Sequence record: OP729297.1
Reading direction: 5' to 3' (one strand)
DNA length: 64,000 nucleotides
The notes beneath the pieces are model-generated. The model was not told where the DNA came from. It saw only the letters and a list, made by a program, of their open reading frames with translations, and did not search any database. Below, one piece after another: positions 44,558 through 53,991 of the stretch. Each line of letters begins with the position of its first letter. The first letter of the stretch is position 1. The position numbers and the translations under genes are program-made.

Positions 44558-44968
44558 TTACTCGGCGGGAGTTTCAACCGGCCACTTAACTACAGGCGGA
44601 TTGATGTAAAACTTGGTATCGACGATGCTGACGTGATAGTTCGCGTACGGAAGGCCGCAAGAAGAATCACGCAACAACAAAAATGCAGAAGCCAAACGCG
44701 AAAGGTCTTTCTTATCGCGCTCGGGGTGCATAGCCACTGAGTGTGCAGAACCACCGCTAACCAGGCAGATATTGACACGGCATACAATGACAATGCTTCC
44801 ATCTACACTGTTAACACCTTCACCACGTTCTATGGTGACTTCACGAATTTCGTCCAGATGGAACTGGAATGCTGAAAGATATTCGCCACGAACGATACGA
44901 ATAAACCCACGCTGGTGGTCGAAGCCGAACTCTTTCAGAACGTTGAGGGCGTCTTGGCGCTTACTCAT
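44558..44968 (-). CDS. Hypothetical protein
   Basis: ATG 44968 overlaps the TAA of the upstream small ORF. Confidence 0.5.
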   Translation of the reverse strand: MSKRQDALNVLKEFGFDHQRGFIRIVRGEYLSAFQFHLDEIREVTIERGEGVNSVDGSIVIVCRVNICLVSGGSAHSVAMHPERDKKDLSRLASAFLLLRDSSCGLPYANYHVSIVDTKFYINPPVVKWPVETPAE

Positions 44969-45135
44969 TAACTCTGCCCCTTGATAAAACGTTGCCATTT
45001 GATTTCGAAGTGTGTGACAAGCGCAGCGCAAACGATGCCTATCTTCTCACACCACTCATATGTAACGTCCATTGTCGATAACGAGTACGCTACCAGAATC
45101 CATGTAGCGAGGAATATTATCGGGTAGCGTATCAT
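44968..45135 (-). CDS. Small membrane protein, 55 aa (not in the track)
   Basis: MIRYPIIFLATWILVAYSLS...; fills the gap exactly, with TAATG coupling. Confidence 0.5.
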   Translation of the reverse strand: MIRYPIIFLATWILVAYSLSTMDVTYEWCEKIGIVCAALVTHFEIKWQRFIKGQS

Positions 45136-45136
45136 T

Positions 45137-45700
45137 TTATTTACCAACCAGAACCATCAGCTTGCTGCTGTCATCATACAGTGAGAACATGTTGACGCCG
45201 AGAACTTTATCATCGACGTCAAAGTTATCATCGCACACAACAGGCACGACATTGCGACCGACGTAATCAACGTCCGAGTCTGCGCCAACAAACAACGTTT
45301 TACCGAAGAGGTCTTCTTTGTCTGTCTCCAGAACCTGACAGGCAACTGCCGAAGGCTGCGTCAGATAAAACACAGAGGCCACGTCAGTTGTGTCCTTGAA
45401 ACAGTTCACCAGACGACAGTTAACGCCATGTTTCAGAGCAAGCTGAACAATGCGAGAGAACACGCTGCCGTTACCTTCCAGTACTTTGGCCATCTTGCGA
45501 TAGTTAAGCGTAGGCATAAGGTCACGGTCCTGTTCGTCTTCAAGTAGAATGCGACCATTGTACTCAAAGAAGACACGGTGCATGAAGTTGAACAGCGTTG
45601 TGGAGTCTTTACCACCGAGTTTGACCTTGTACTTAGAGCAAACAAGCTGACCTTCTTGCACATGCGCAATCATCATTGAACGAACTAAACTGTATGACAT
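45137..45700 (-). CDS. Hypothetical protein
   Basis: AGGAG RBS before ATG 45700. Confidence 0.6.
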   Translation of the reverse strand: MSYSLVRSMMIAHVQEGQLVCSKYKVKLGGKDSTTLFNFMHRVFFEYNGRILLEDEQDRDLMPTLNYRKMAKVLEGNGSVFSRIVQLALKHGVNCRLVNCFKDTTDVASVFYLTQPSAVACQVLETDKEDLFGKTLFVGADSDVDYVGRNVVPVVCDDNFDVDDKVLGVNMFSLYDDSSKLMVLVGK

Positions 45701-45732
45701 TTTAATCTCCTGGACGTCCTTGTCCTGTTGTA

Positions 45733-45837
45733 TCAAGACTTGAACACCTTGAAATCCTTAAGGAAGAAATACCACAAGCTGAATAGCGTGATGACAACTC
45801 CCACCACGATACCTACCACTAAGCCTGTCCAGAACAT
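45733..45837 (-). CDS. Single-TM peptide, 34 aa (not in the track)
   Basis: MFWTGLVVGIVVGVVITLFSLWYFFLKDFKVFKS; AAGGT RBS. Confidence 0.5.
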   Translation of the reverse strand: MFWTGLVVGIVVGVVITLFSLWYFFLKDFKVFKS

Positions 45838-45845
45838 AGGTGACC

Positions 45846-47975
45846 TTACTTAAAGATATCGCCTGGCTTCTTCTTACGCTTCTTCGCGTACGGAAGTAAG
45901 ACGTGTTCGATAAGCGCTTTGGATGCAGCGTGTGTCATTGCTGGCACACAGATACGACCGAGACGCTCCCATTGTTCTTCGAATTTGCCCACCAGCTTAT
46001 AGTCAGAGGGCAGACCAGAAATAACTTTGAGTTCGTCGATGGTCAGTTTACGGCGATGGCCTTTGTTATCTTCGATGAAACCAGCAGACGAGAACCGCGC
46101 AGTTTCATAGGCTATCGCATCGGCCGCAGTGATAGTCGGCATCGGTCCGTTCATCGCAGGCAGATACGTAATGATATCTTTCTTCGTGGACTTATACCGT
46201 TGAATATGCGGCAGCGCATCGGCAAGGAATGCCATTGTGTCACAAGGCACAACATCAGGCACAGCGGTCTTAATGCTCTTGTGACCGAGAGCGTGTGCTA
46301 CGTCTTTGCGTACACCCATGAAGATGATACGCTCTCGGGACTGAGGCACACCGAGCCAGGCAGCGTTAAGCAGCGGCGCTCGGACGTAATACCCAATCCT
46401 GTCGAACTCTTTCATGATCTCGATGAAGTAACCTTTCGAAGCGCCCTTAACAAGACCACTAACGTTCTCCGCAGTGAACACTTTCGGCATCATGCCTTCC
46501 AGCATACGGCAATACTGATCGAACAGGTCATCAACCTGCTGATACTTGTTATCGCTGTACTTAACTTCTTTGCCCCAGCCTTCTTCTTTCACGCCGGCAG
46601 TCGAGAAGCCTTTGCAGTTGTGCACCACAGTACCATTAGCCACGTAGGTTTCGTCAACTTCAACCGAGAAGTTATAGACGTCACAAGTTGCCTGATACGC
46701 AAGGTTCTCAATCACTTGTACCCACAGGTTCGGGTCTTCTTTATCGAACTCGTGGAAGAAGTTGTGCTCTTCCTGCAGGAACAAATAGCCGAGATGCTCA
46801 CGCGCACTGTTACGCTCTTTTGGAGTTAACGCGCTACCGAAATACACGTCGCCCCAAATCATTCCGTCGAATAGCGGACGGTTGAACGCAGAACAGCACA
46901 GGTAGTTCATCTCTAACAGGAAGCGCTTGCTTGAAGACGTGATAGCAAGGCCAGTGCCCATCGCTGTAACGTAGTCATGCCCAGCGCAGCCGAGAATGAA
47001 TTGACGTTTCAGTTCGGTGCTCAGGTGGAATACCAGAGCAGGTAGACGACGAGAGAACGTGTTGTTGCCAGCACTGACGAAGCGGCGCAGGAACTGCACC
47101 AGCTCGGCGTCGATAACAGTACGGAACGTTTTACGTTGTGCTGTCATGCGGTCGATACGGTTCAGGCTACTGAGTTTAAGCGCATCAAACGCCTGCTCAA
47201 TCATCGCGTTTTCCAGACTGGTATGCGATTCGAAGCTAACAACTTCTACACCACTAACAGTCTCGATTGAACCGCGATCACACCAGTGACCTACCATCCA
47301 CCAGAACTCAGGGATGCTCACCCACTGCTGAATCAACTTCGGCAGTTGTTCCATCTGGGCGTGTACTGCATCTGCACCAATGTCAGGAGTAGTTCTTGGA
47401 GTACCGACCAGGTCACCTTCCTGCACGTCTTTAGCGTCACACCAGAACGGGTCAGAGAAGCCACCAGACTCAAGCGGACGACGAATGAAGAACGGATGCT
47501 CGGGCGTTGCGTTGTTTGCACTGATCAGAGTTTCAATCTTGTGCATAGTACCGACATACGGACGAACCATAGTGTCATACACAGGAAGATACTGACCGAT
47601 GCTTGTCATCGCTTTATCGCCGACGTTCATGTCCGAGATGAACTTCATGCCGTCTGCTGTATGAATGATAGTGTCTTCGGTAAAGCAAGGAGGACTACCG
47701 TCAAGTAAATCCAATTCGCCTTTAGACAGACCAGCATAGCGCATCAGCTTGCCTGGGTCTAAGCGACGAATATCATGCGGCAGCACTTTGGTTGTCGGGT
47801 GGTTTGCTTCATACGACTCACGCGCCGAGTCAACAAACTCGTTACTCAGCACGATGTTGATACCGGCCATCTTGTGACCGGTAGAAGAACCACCGCAACC
47901 TGCGAAGAAACTCATACCACGCCAGGGTTTATCCAGCTTGTTGATTTCCTTCATCGTAGGCGGCTTGATGATCAT
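45846..47975 (-). CDS. C5-cytosine DNA methyltransferase interrupted by an intein
   Basis: Motif I FFAGCGG, motif IV GSPP/C, ENV, PQSRER.IF.G and C-terminal R.LT..E...G.P. Confidence 0.92.
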   Translation of the reverse strand: MIIKPPTMKEINKLDKPWRGMSFFAGCGGSSTGHKMAGINIVLSNEFVDSARESYEANHPTTKVLPHDIRRLDPGKLMRYAGLSKGELDLLDGSPPCFTEDTIIHTADGMKFISDMNVGDKAMTSIGQYLPVYDTMVRPYVGTMHKIETLISANNATPEHPFFIRRPLESGGFSDPFWCDAKDVQEGDLVGTPRTTPDIGADAVHAQMEQLPKLIQQWVSIPEFWWMVGHWCDRGSIETVSGVEVVSFESHTSLENAMIEQAFDALKLSSLNRIDRMTAQRKTFRTVIDAELVQFLRRFVSAGNNTFSRRLPALVFHLSTELKRQFILGCAGHDYVTAMGTGLAITSSSKRFLLEMNYLCCSAFNRPLFDGMIWGDVYFGSALTPKERNSAREHLGYLFLQEEHNFFHEFDKEDPNLWVQVIENLAYQATCDVYNFSVEVDETYVANGTVVHNCKGFSTAGVKEEGWGKEVKYSDNKYQQVDDLFDQYCRMLEGMMPKVFTAENVSGLVKGASKGYFIEIMKEFDRIGYYVRAPLLNAAWLGVPQSRERIIFMGVRKDVAHALGHKSIKTAVPDVVPCDTMAFLADALPHIQRYKSTKKDIITYLPAMNGPMPTITAADAIAYETARFSSAGFIEDNKGHRRKLTIDELKVISGLPSDYKLVGKFEEQWERLGRICVPAMTHAASKALIEHVLLPYAKKRKKKPGDIFK
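46617..47687 (-). mobile_element. Intein (357 aa) with degenerate LAGLIDADG region
   Basis: Begins CFTEDT, has TPEHPF block B, VYNFSVE block F, ends VVHN, +1 Cys. The middle has eroded LAGLIDADG-like helices (VGHWCDRGS; FILGCAGHD). Confidence 0.9.
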
Positions 47976-47977
47976 TA

Positions 47978-48688
47978 TTATCCCTCGAACTTGAATCCAC
48001 AACGCGGGCAGGTGCAGTTCAGAGCGTCACCCACATCATCTGGGCTATACTCGTTGAACTTGCCGGTACTACCGTTCATCTGGCCAGTAGTCTTGCCAGC
48101 ACGTTTCTCGTCCTGCACAACGGCCTGAACTTTCAGCTTGGCTTGAAGACCACGAATTTCTAACGGGTCGAGACCGAGCAGTTGAGGCTTGATTGTATTG
48201 AGGTCGAGTTGTTCAACCAGCTTGGCGAGTTTCTTGTTATCGAACTCACCGCCATGGGCGTTTGCCGCGATGTTCGCAGCGTACTCAGCTTTCTTATCAG
48301 TCCAGTTCACGACACGCAGAGGAATGCTGATCACTTTATCAGCTTTCTTCGGATGCGTTGCGTGGATATAACCCAGGCCGATTGTACCGTGCTTGTCAAC
48401 AGACTTTTGGATCTCGATACGAGTCTTCCAGCCTTCGATCGATTTCAGGCGCTGGTGGCCAGAGATCAACACGCCTGATTTGACGTTGTTGTTGAACACG
48501 ATACCAGACAGGTCGCCGAAACTACCCAAAGAACCTTCGAGCGCTTTCAGGCGACTGTCTGTAATGAAGCGCGGGTTGTACGCTGCACCTTTCAACTGAG
48601 CGACGGAGTTGAGTTTCTTCAACTCAAACTTTAGTCCGTCGTTCTTTTTCTTTTTCCCTTCCTTTGCTTTGATAGCAGTTTTTGCCAT
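47978..48688 (-). CDS. ParB/Srx-like N-terminal domain protein with C-terminal CPxC zinc-ribbon tail
   Basis: YNPR.I...L..SL..FG...IV.N...ISGHQRL; ends CTCPRCGFKF. Confidence 0.8.
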   Translation of the reverse strand: MAKTAIKAKEGKKKKNDGLKFELKKLNSVAQLKGAAYNPRFITDSRLKALEGSLGSFGDLSGIVFNNNVKSGVLISGHQRLKSIEGWKTRIEIQKSVDKHGTIGLGYIHATHPKKADKVISIPLRVVNWTDKKAEYAANIAANAHGGEFDNKKLAKLVEQLDLNTIKPQLLGLDPLEIRGLQAKLKVQAVVQDEKRAGKTTGQMNGSTGKFNEYSPDDVGDALNCTCPRCGFKFEG

Positions 48689-48722
48689 TGTCGTATCTCT
48701 TATCGGTTGCTCTTTCTCTGTC

Positions 48723-48733
48723 TTTACAGATTC
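48723..48733 (-). promoter_or_regulatory. AAWCTGTAAA motif
   Basis: GAATCTGTAAA, 35 nt upstream of start 48688. Confidence 0.5.
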
Positions 48734-49067
48734 AGTAATAGTAGTGCCGAGGTGTTGTCTGCCATTCAATTTGAACTTTGCCGAACTCCACTACTCGACG
48801 GTCTAACTTAATTACCATTTTCAGACCAGAGACAGAGCATTTCTTAATGTCGATACCCCCGCCAGAGTCTTTAGCCCTGAACGTTACGGTACCTCTGTCC
48901 ATCTGATTCATCTGGGCCACAGTAAACTCGAACGTGCATTCATCGCTGCCGATGTTTACATCGTTCTCAATCAAGTTAACCGTGTTGCCTAAGAACCCTG
49001 TGTGCGGGGCTTTAGGTGCGCCCAGATATTGGAACGGATGGAAGTCTTTCTTCGGATCATATTTCAT
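48732..49067 (-). CDS. Hypothetical protein
   Basis: AGGAG RBS. Confidence 0.55.
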   Translation of the reverse strand: MKYDPKKDFHPFQYLGAPKAPHTGFLGNTVNLIENDVNIGSDECTFEFTVAQMNQMDRGTVTFRAKDSGGGIDIKKCSVSGLKMVIKLDRRVVEFGKVQIEWQTTPRHYYY

Positions 49068-49117
49068 GGCAAGTCTCCTGTTAGACAATCAAATTACTGA
49101 CAGGAGGCCAACGCCGG

Positions 49118-50008
49118 TCAGATGAAACGAATCAGATTCAGTGCATGGTTATAACCGATGGTAGGTCGAGCACTGCGCTCAAAGTCCAGATACTTTTGCG
49201 GGAAGTGATGTTCGATACTTACCGTCATATTTAGATTAGCGCCAGCATCCTGCATCAGAACTTTAGGCATCAGTCCACGAAGTGCGATGTGCATGAACTC
49301 TGCATCATCAACTTGACGAGTCGCGTACCCACCATCACGAGCAACAAATGTGTACTGGTATTGAGGTCTACCGCGGTCGACACCGAAAGTGATGTACGCT
49401 GCAAGCAGATCGTTTTCCGCTGCAAGGCGCATCATCTCTTTGTTGTGCTCGTGCAGCCAGTGCTGCGTACCCTTTTCAGAGATATGCGCATCGTGGAAGA
49501 TAACGTCGCCTTCAGGGTTGCGCGTCACAGTCAGATTACCTTCTACCATCAGGTAGTGTTTGTACAACATCCAGATATCGTACTTACTACCTGTCTTAAC
49601 TGCCGTAAGCGTGTCGTATTTAAACGTGACTTCGAGCGTAGGCATCTTGGCTGTTTCTGCTTTCAACCACTCAACGAACTGATCAAACTCCTGAGTGATG
49701 TTAGGCAGAAGTGCTTTCAGCTTATGCGCATCAAGCAGGACTTCGATTGTCGGTGAATAGCCGTTGAACCAGTCCATGTATTCTTTAGTGAACATCTTAC
49801 TGGTCAGGTCAACACGCCAATCAGTAGCCGCAGGCAAAGCGAGAATCGCATGGCCAGTATCAATGTCGTGCGACACGTCAACGTTGGTGAAGATGCAGTC
49901 GAACAGGTCAATACGTTCGTGCGTACCGTCAGTGAGTTGGCCTGAATCTTCTACACGCAGAATACGAAACGGCGTGCCACCGCAGGCCTCATAACCTAAT
50001 AGCTTCAT
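49118..50008 (-). CDS. Hypothetical protein
   Basis: 296 aa; GGAGA RBS. Confidence 0.6.
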   Translation of the reverse strand: MKLLGYEACGGTPFRILRVEDSGQLTDGTHERIDLFDCIFTNVDVSHDIDTGHAILALPAATDWRVDLTSKMFTKEYMDWFNGYSPTIEVLLDAHKLKALLPNITQEFDQFVEWLKAETAKMPTLEVTFKYDTLTAVKTGSKYDIWMLYKHYLMVEGNLTVTRNPEGDVIFHDAHISEKGTQHWLHEHNKEMMRLAAENDLLAAYITFGVDRGRPQYQYTFVARDGGYATRQVDDAEFMHIALRGLMPKVLMQDAGANLNMTVSIEHHFPQKYLDFERSARPTIGYNHALNLIRFI

Positions 50009-50658
50009 TGCATCTCTCCCAAATCGAGTAGCTTACGCATTTCTGCGACCTGCTGCTCAGGTGTCATGTCCGATTCAAGCACAGAGCGAATCGCCTTGTT
50101 AGGGATTGTACGCTTCTGACTGAACGGCAGGTTCTTGAGGAAGCGCAGAGCCATTGCACCTGTCTGCGTCGCCTCAATGCGCATGTTTTCGATCAGACGC
50201 GCATCGCCGTTTTCTTCAAACGTTGCGCAGTCACGCAGCAACTCACCTGCTTCTTCAACCACGATAGACGCAGCGTGAATACATTCCTCTGGCCACGTAG
50301 GATGATCTGTTTCTGCATCGCGCAGTTCGTTCAGGATCAGATTGATAGCAGCCTGCTCGCGGCCATGCACTGACTTCTGGAACAAACCTTCGTTGAATTT
50401 ACAATGCGACTTCATAGCGCACATTGTCTCATTACCTTCTGCACCAGGTCTAGCCTGCAGGATAAAGCAGTTGTGCGGCAGGTGGTAGATACACTGAGCC
50501 TGCATGTCCAGAATAGGTTCATCATCACCTTTTGGATCTGGGATGACAACGTGGACGCTCTGGACACCACGACGAGGAATATGCAGCTCATGCTCTGCAT
50601 ACCCGACATACAGGAACGCACTCAAGCGTTTAATCAACATGAAGTTATCGTTGTTCAT
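50005..50658 (-). CDS. Protein with C-terminal MazG-like NTP pyrophosphohydrolase domain
   Basis: HAASIVVEEAGEL...EA.Q..AMA.RFL. Confidence 0.6.
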   Translation of the reverse strand: MNNDNFMLIKRLSAFLYVGYAEHELHIPRRGVQSVHVVIPDPKGDDEPILDMQAQCIYHLPHNCFILQARPGAEGNETMCAMKSHCKFNEGLFQKSVHGREQAAINLILNELRDAETDHPTWPEECIHAASIVVEEAGELLRDCATFEENGDARLIENMRIEATQTGAMALRFLKNLPFSQKRTIPNKAIRSVLESDMTPEQQVAEMRKLLDLGEMQ

Positions 50659-51761
50659 TTGGTCACACGTCCCTTAACCGCTGGTGATGGTGCATAATCG
50701 AGGAGCTGGAACCACTCTGCGTTGGCGTTGTCCAGCAACTCTTCTGGCGTCAGGCCGAGAATGTCGTCGCTGATTTCCAGCATAGGATAGACAACAGGTT
50801 CGCCTGTGCGTTTCATGTTGTCTGCGAGAACTGCCCACTGCTCACGTTGCTTTTCAAACGCTTCGAAGTGATGCGTATACAGGTGAGTGTTGGTAGTGTT
50901 CAGTGTGAAGCTGCCGACGTTCAGGCCAGCCCACTTGGCGATCATCTGGTGCATCGCGCTGTAGCCCATGATGTTGAAGGGACGCCCAAGCAGCACATCG
51001 TTGGAACGCATGGTCACAGTGATATGCAGCGTATCTTCGGCAGGTGCCATTTGACGCGCTTCCATCTGAGCAACTTCATACAGCGTCGGCTTAGTGACGT
51101 TGAACTCGAACTCAGTATGGCACGGAGGCAGACCTTGCATGTGGAGATAAGCGGGGTTATATGCCTGAACGCGAATACGACGAGAGCGACTGCGGTTCAT
51201 CACCTGACGCAAAGCATCAGCGAACTGATCAACAGTACCTTCATAGCACACACGGCCATCTGCCATTTGTGTTTCGGTATAACCAGCGGCTTTCATGCGA
51301 TTGATCTCTTTGGAGATACGCTCGATTTCAGCATCGCTAATCTGACGTTCTTTCATCGACTCAATAGTCGGGAACGTTTTGATATCAGGCCACATACGCC
51401 ACATCAGACCGTAGATAGGACCGCACTCGCCGTCTTCGTCTGCCCACTCGTTCCAGATTTTGGAGCCGAGGCTGCCGATGTTCGTTTCACCACGAGCCAT
51501 CCAGCACATTTCATCTACAGCAGCGTACCAGTTCTTACGCGCAGACACCAGCGCAGGGAAAGCGATCAGCGTGTTAGACAACTGGAATCCAACACCAATC
51601 AGAGTGCGCCACGTATCTTCGGTGCGGCCTGGGTCCGTTTCGTCGGTACCGTGCATCATGATAGCGTTGCCCAGATTGATGTACTGCTCGTCTACGCAAT
51701 GTAGAGAGTAGAGTTCGTACTGGTTAGGGTCACGCAGATCAAGGGTTTGTTGTTTGCTCAT
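50655..51761 (-). CDS. thyA: Thymidylate synthase family enzyme
   Basis: GPIYG.MWR, SRR, LPPCH, RSND..LG.PFN, H.Y..H; carries a ~50-aa insertion. Confidence 0.9.
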   Translation of the reverse strand: MSKQQTLDLRDPNQYELYSLHCVDEQYINLGNAIMMHGTDETDPGRTEDTWRTLIGVGFQLSNTLIAFPALVSARKNWYAAVDEMCWMARGETNIGSLGSKIWNEWADEDGECGPIYGLMWRMWPDIKTFPTIESMKERQISDAEIERISKEINRMKAAGYTETQMADGRVCYEGTVDQFADALRQVMNRSRSRRIRVQAYNPAYLHMQGLPPCHTEFEFNVTKPTLYEVAQMEARQMAPAEDTLHITVTMRSNDVLLGRPFNIMGYSAMHQMIAKWAGLNVGSFTLNTTNTHLYTHHFEAFEKQREQWAVLADNMKRTGEPVVYPMLEISDDILGLTPEELLDNANAEWFQLLDYAPSPAVKGRVTK

Positions 51762-52123
51762 TACGAGTTCCGTCTGTCTTTATGGTAGATGATTGGATGG
51801 AGTTCGAAGGCGAGTGCTTCTGGTTGGCTATCACCGACTGCCATGTACTCACGGTCGAAATGCGGATGCCATTCGTACACTTCCTCGTCTTCGCCCAGAT
51901 AGAGCTTGTCGCCAAGGTCAAGACCTTTGACGCGAGGAACGGTAACAGTGTTCGTGCCATTAGACAGATACACACGAAAGCCCAGCGCTGAACCTAAATC
52001 TGAATCAGGACCTGGGCCGCCAATGATTGTATCTCGACGCACGACAAAGAACGGCTTGTGTATGCCGAAGATCTTTGCCAGCAGTTCACGCGTCTTAGCA
52101 TCAAAGCGAATTACTGGAGTCAT
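51761..52123 (-). CDS. Hypothetical protein
   Basis: 120 aa, coupled to its neighbours. Confidence 0.55.
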   Translation of the reverse strand: MTPVIRFDAKTRELLAKIFGIHKPFFVVRRDTIIGGPGPDSDLGSALGFRVYLSNGTNTVTVPRVKGLDLGDKLYLGEDEEVYEWHPHFDREYMAVGDSQPEALAFELHPIIYHKDRRNS

Positions 52124-52461
52124 TCTTTTATCTCGCTGTAGCGGTAGCGTAATACACAGGCAGGCATTTCAACATAACGCCCACCATTTCTTTGTACGAA
52201 CACGGACGGCGTGAACTTATCGTTCGGGCTGTTCGAGTAGAAGTCAACGCGACACGTCATAAACGGGAACCACTTGTGACGAAAACGCGCATTCTTCTTA
52301 GGACCCCAGCCGTCTGCGAAAGCCTTGCGGGACAAACGCAGAGTACGACGCTCACGCCATTCGGTGAAAATGAAATAGCCGATGACGATAACAGGCACGA
52401 CGAACGCACTGATAGGCTCGTCCCAGAAAGGACTGTTCCAGATTGCTTTAAGCATGTCCAT
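52120..52461 (-). CDS. Membrane-anchored hypothetical protein
   Basis: N-terminal TM AFVVPVIVIGYFIF. Confidence 0.55.
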   Translation of the reverse strand: MDMLKAIWNSPFWDEPISAFVVPVIVIGYFIFTEWRERRTLRLSRKAFADGWGPKKNARFRHKWFPFMTCRVDFYSNSPNDKFTPSVFVQRNGGRYVEMPACVLRYRYSEIKE

Positions 52462-52808
52462 TACGCGTCGTCCTCTGGAGGCGCTTCTGCACCTTTGCCC
52501 TGAGTCTTCATGTACTCGGCAATTATCTGACTGTCTTCTGGGCGTGATTTGAGTTCCAGAGATTCAGACTCACCGAAGCATTGAAGTGTACGCAGATCGA
52601 TGAAGCCGGCAGACACAGCTTTCATCTGTTGGTAGTAGTGATTCTCCACGTGGCCATTATAGACCGCGTAGCCAATCATGGCTTCGTCCATATCAGAGTG
52701 CATGATATGCGACGGAAAGATCACTGGCATGTGTACGCCGTCCGTACGCTCTTTATTACGAGTGCGGACGAACATCACGTACTTAAACACTAGCGCTTGC
52801 TGTGTCAT
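52461..52808 (-). CDS. Hypothetical phage protein
   Basis: P.IFP....H...SAGF...CFGESESL.L.S...D motif, common in phages. Confidence 0.55.
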   Translation of the reverse strand: MTQQALVFKYVMFVRTRNKERTDGVHMPVIFPSHIMHSDMDEAMIGYAVYNGHVENHYYQQMKAVSAGFIDLRTLQCFGESESLELKSRPEDSQIIAEYMKTQGKGAEAPPEDDA

Positions 52809-53427
52809 TGGCTTCGACCTCTTTGTGATAAACGAAGATAAACTGCGAAAGTAACATCGCTGTTTGGTGTTCTTCATTTACAGTATACACAACGATAGGA
52901 TGGGCCTTGCCTAAGCCCAGCACAAGATCAATACGCGCACGTAGAGGAAGGACTTTAGCCACGTGGCCTAGCGACTCCAGTTCAGGAGAAGGCTCGTTAC
53001 GCACAGAACTCTCCACCCAAATCTCACCCTCTTTAGGCAGTCTCAGTTTGGTGTTATTGATCATCTGAGTTACGAGCAAAGTAGTGTTGAAGCACTCAGA
53101 TGGCTGGCCTCCACTGATATGCGTAAACTTGTGGCAGAACTCACTGAAAGGCCTGTTGTAGATCTGCTCGAAGTCATTCGTGTAGACGACGTTGACTTCC
53201 CACCCAGCCTTTGAGGTGCCTGTGTTAGTCAGACATAACACAGTGTAGGGTCGACCTGTCTTCAAGTGAACCCAGACGTTGCCGCGATCAAGACGCCCGC
53301 AGTTGTAGTGCTCCTGCGCTTTGATCAAGTGGCGGTCACGTTCGACCTTGTTCATGACATAACGCCAGAGGATGTAGCAGAGTATAATCGCAGGGATTGC
53401 TTTCAACGTATCAATCAACATGGTCAT
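52783..53427 (-). CDS. Protein with N-terminal TM and DUF1653-like domain
   Basis: WVHLKTGRPY.V...VVY...YNRP..EF..KF. Confidence 0.5.
   Translation of the reverse strand: MTMLIDTLKAIPAIILCYILWRYVMNKVERDRHLIKAQEHYNCGRLDRGNVWVHLKTGRPYTVLCLTNTGTSKAGWEVNVVYTNDFEQIYNRPFSEFCHKFTHISGGQPSECFNTTLLVTQMINNTKLRLPKEGEIWVESSVRNEPSPELESLGHVAKVLPLRARIDLVLGLGKAHPIVVYTVNEEHQTAMLLSQFIFVYHKEVEANDTASASV
52877..52887 (-). promoter_or_regulatory. CTGTAAA motif
   Basis: TATACTGTAAA, 69 nt upstream of start 52808. Confidence 0.3.
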
Positions 53428-53954
53428 TCCTTAGGTATCTGAGGTGTGTCGAACACAGACAGGTCTGTGCCCTGACGAATTGCATCTGCGATGATGGATA
53501 GACGCATAGCAGTCTGCGGCGTATCGCCTTGCACCAGACGCTTACGATGGAAATACTGATAGGTCATGTACAGCGCTTCGAGCATCACAGGACCGGCAGC
53601 GGCCAGCACACAGTTGGCTTTGCGATTATCTTCGCACATCTTATAGCCTGCGTCAGTGCTGTCCAGACCGCTTTGCATCTGACCCAGATGTGTCCACCAG
53701 TAGCGCTCACCTTCTCGCTTTTCACGTAGCTCATAAATGCCGTTGCCATACGTTCCGTTCTTTACGTTGACGTAACGTTGAGCGCGTGAGTGTTTGAGAT
53801 CTTTGAACGGAGGTACACCGTCTTCGTTCTCAGGCACGTCGATGATTTGCACCAACGTGTATTCGAATTTTGTGCTGCCCTGACAGTCGCAGCTACTGAC
53901 TTTTCCGATGTGGACATACTTGCAGTGTTTACAACGGTATGCTGTTTGCATCAT
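53424..53954 (-). CDS. Hypothetical protein with N-terminal CxxC..CxC
   Basis: GGAG RBS; YRCKHCK...SCDC. Confidence 0.55.
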   Translation of the reverse strand: MMQTAYRCKHCKYVHIGKVSSCDCQGSTKFEYTLVQIIDVPENEDGVPPFKDLKHSRAQRYVNVKNGTYGNGIYELREKREGERYWWTHLGQMQSGLDSTDAGYKMCEDNRKANCVLAAAGPVMLEALYMTYQYFHRKRLVQGDTPQTAMRLSIIADAIRQGTDLSVFDTPQIPKE

Positions 53955-53965
53955 GTTCTCCAAAC

Positions 53966-53988
53966 AAAAATGGGGCACTAGGCCCCAT
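53966..53988 (-). terminator. Rho-independent terminator
   Basis: ATGGGGC-CTAGT-GCCCCATTTTT on the - strand. Confidence 0.8.
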
Positions 53989-53991
53989 GAA

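Noticed and set aside
45903-51704. Long + strand ORFs opposite the methyltransferase (45903-46829) and thyA (50847-51704)
   Set aside because: Antisense shadows of well-supported - strand genes.
50655-51761. dCMP hydroxymethylase instead of thymidylate synthase
   Set aside because: The specificity residue is Asn (PFN), as in dUMP-using enzymes, not Asp. A dUMP hydroxymethylase cannot be excluded from sequence alone.
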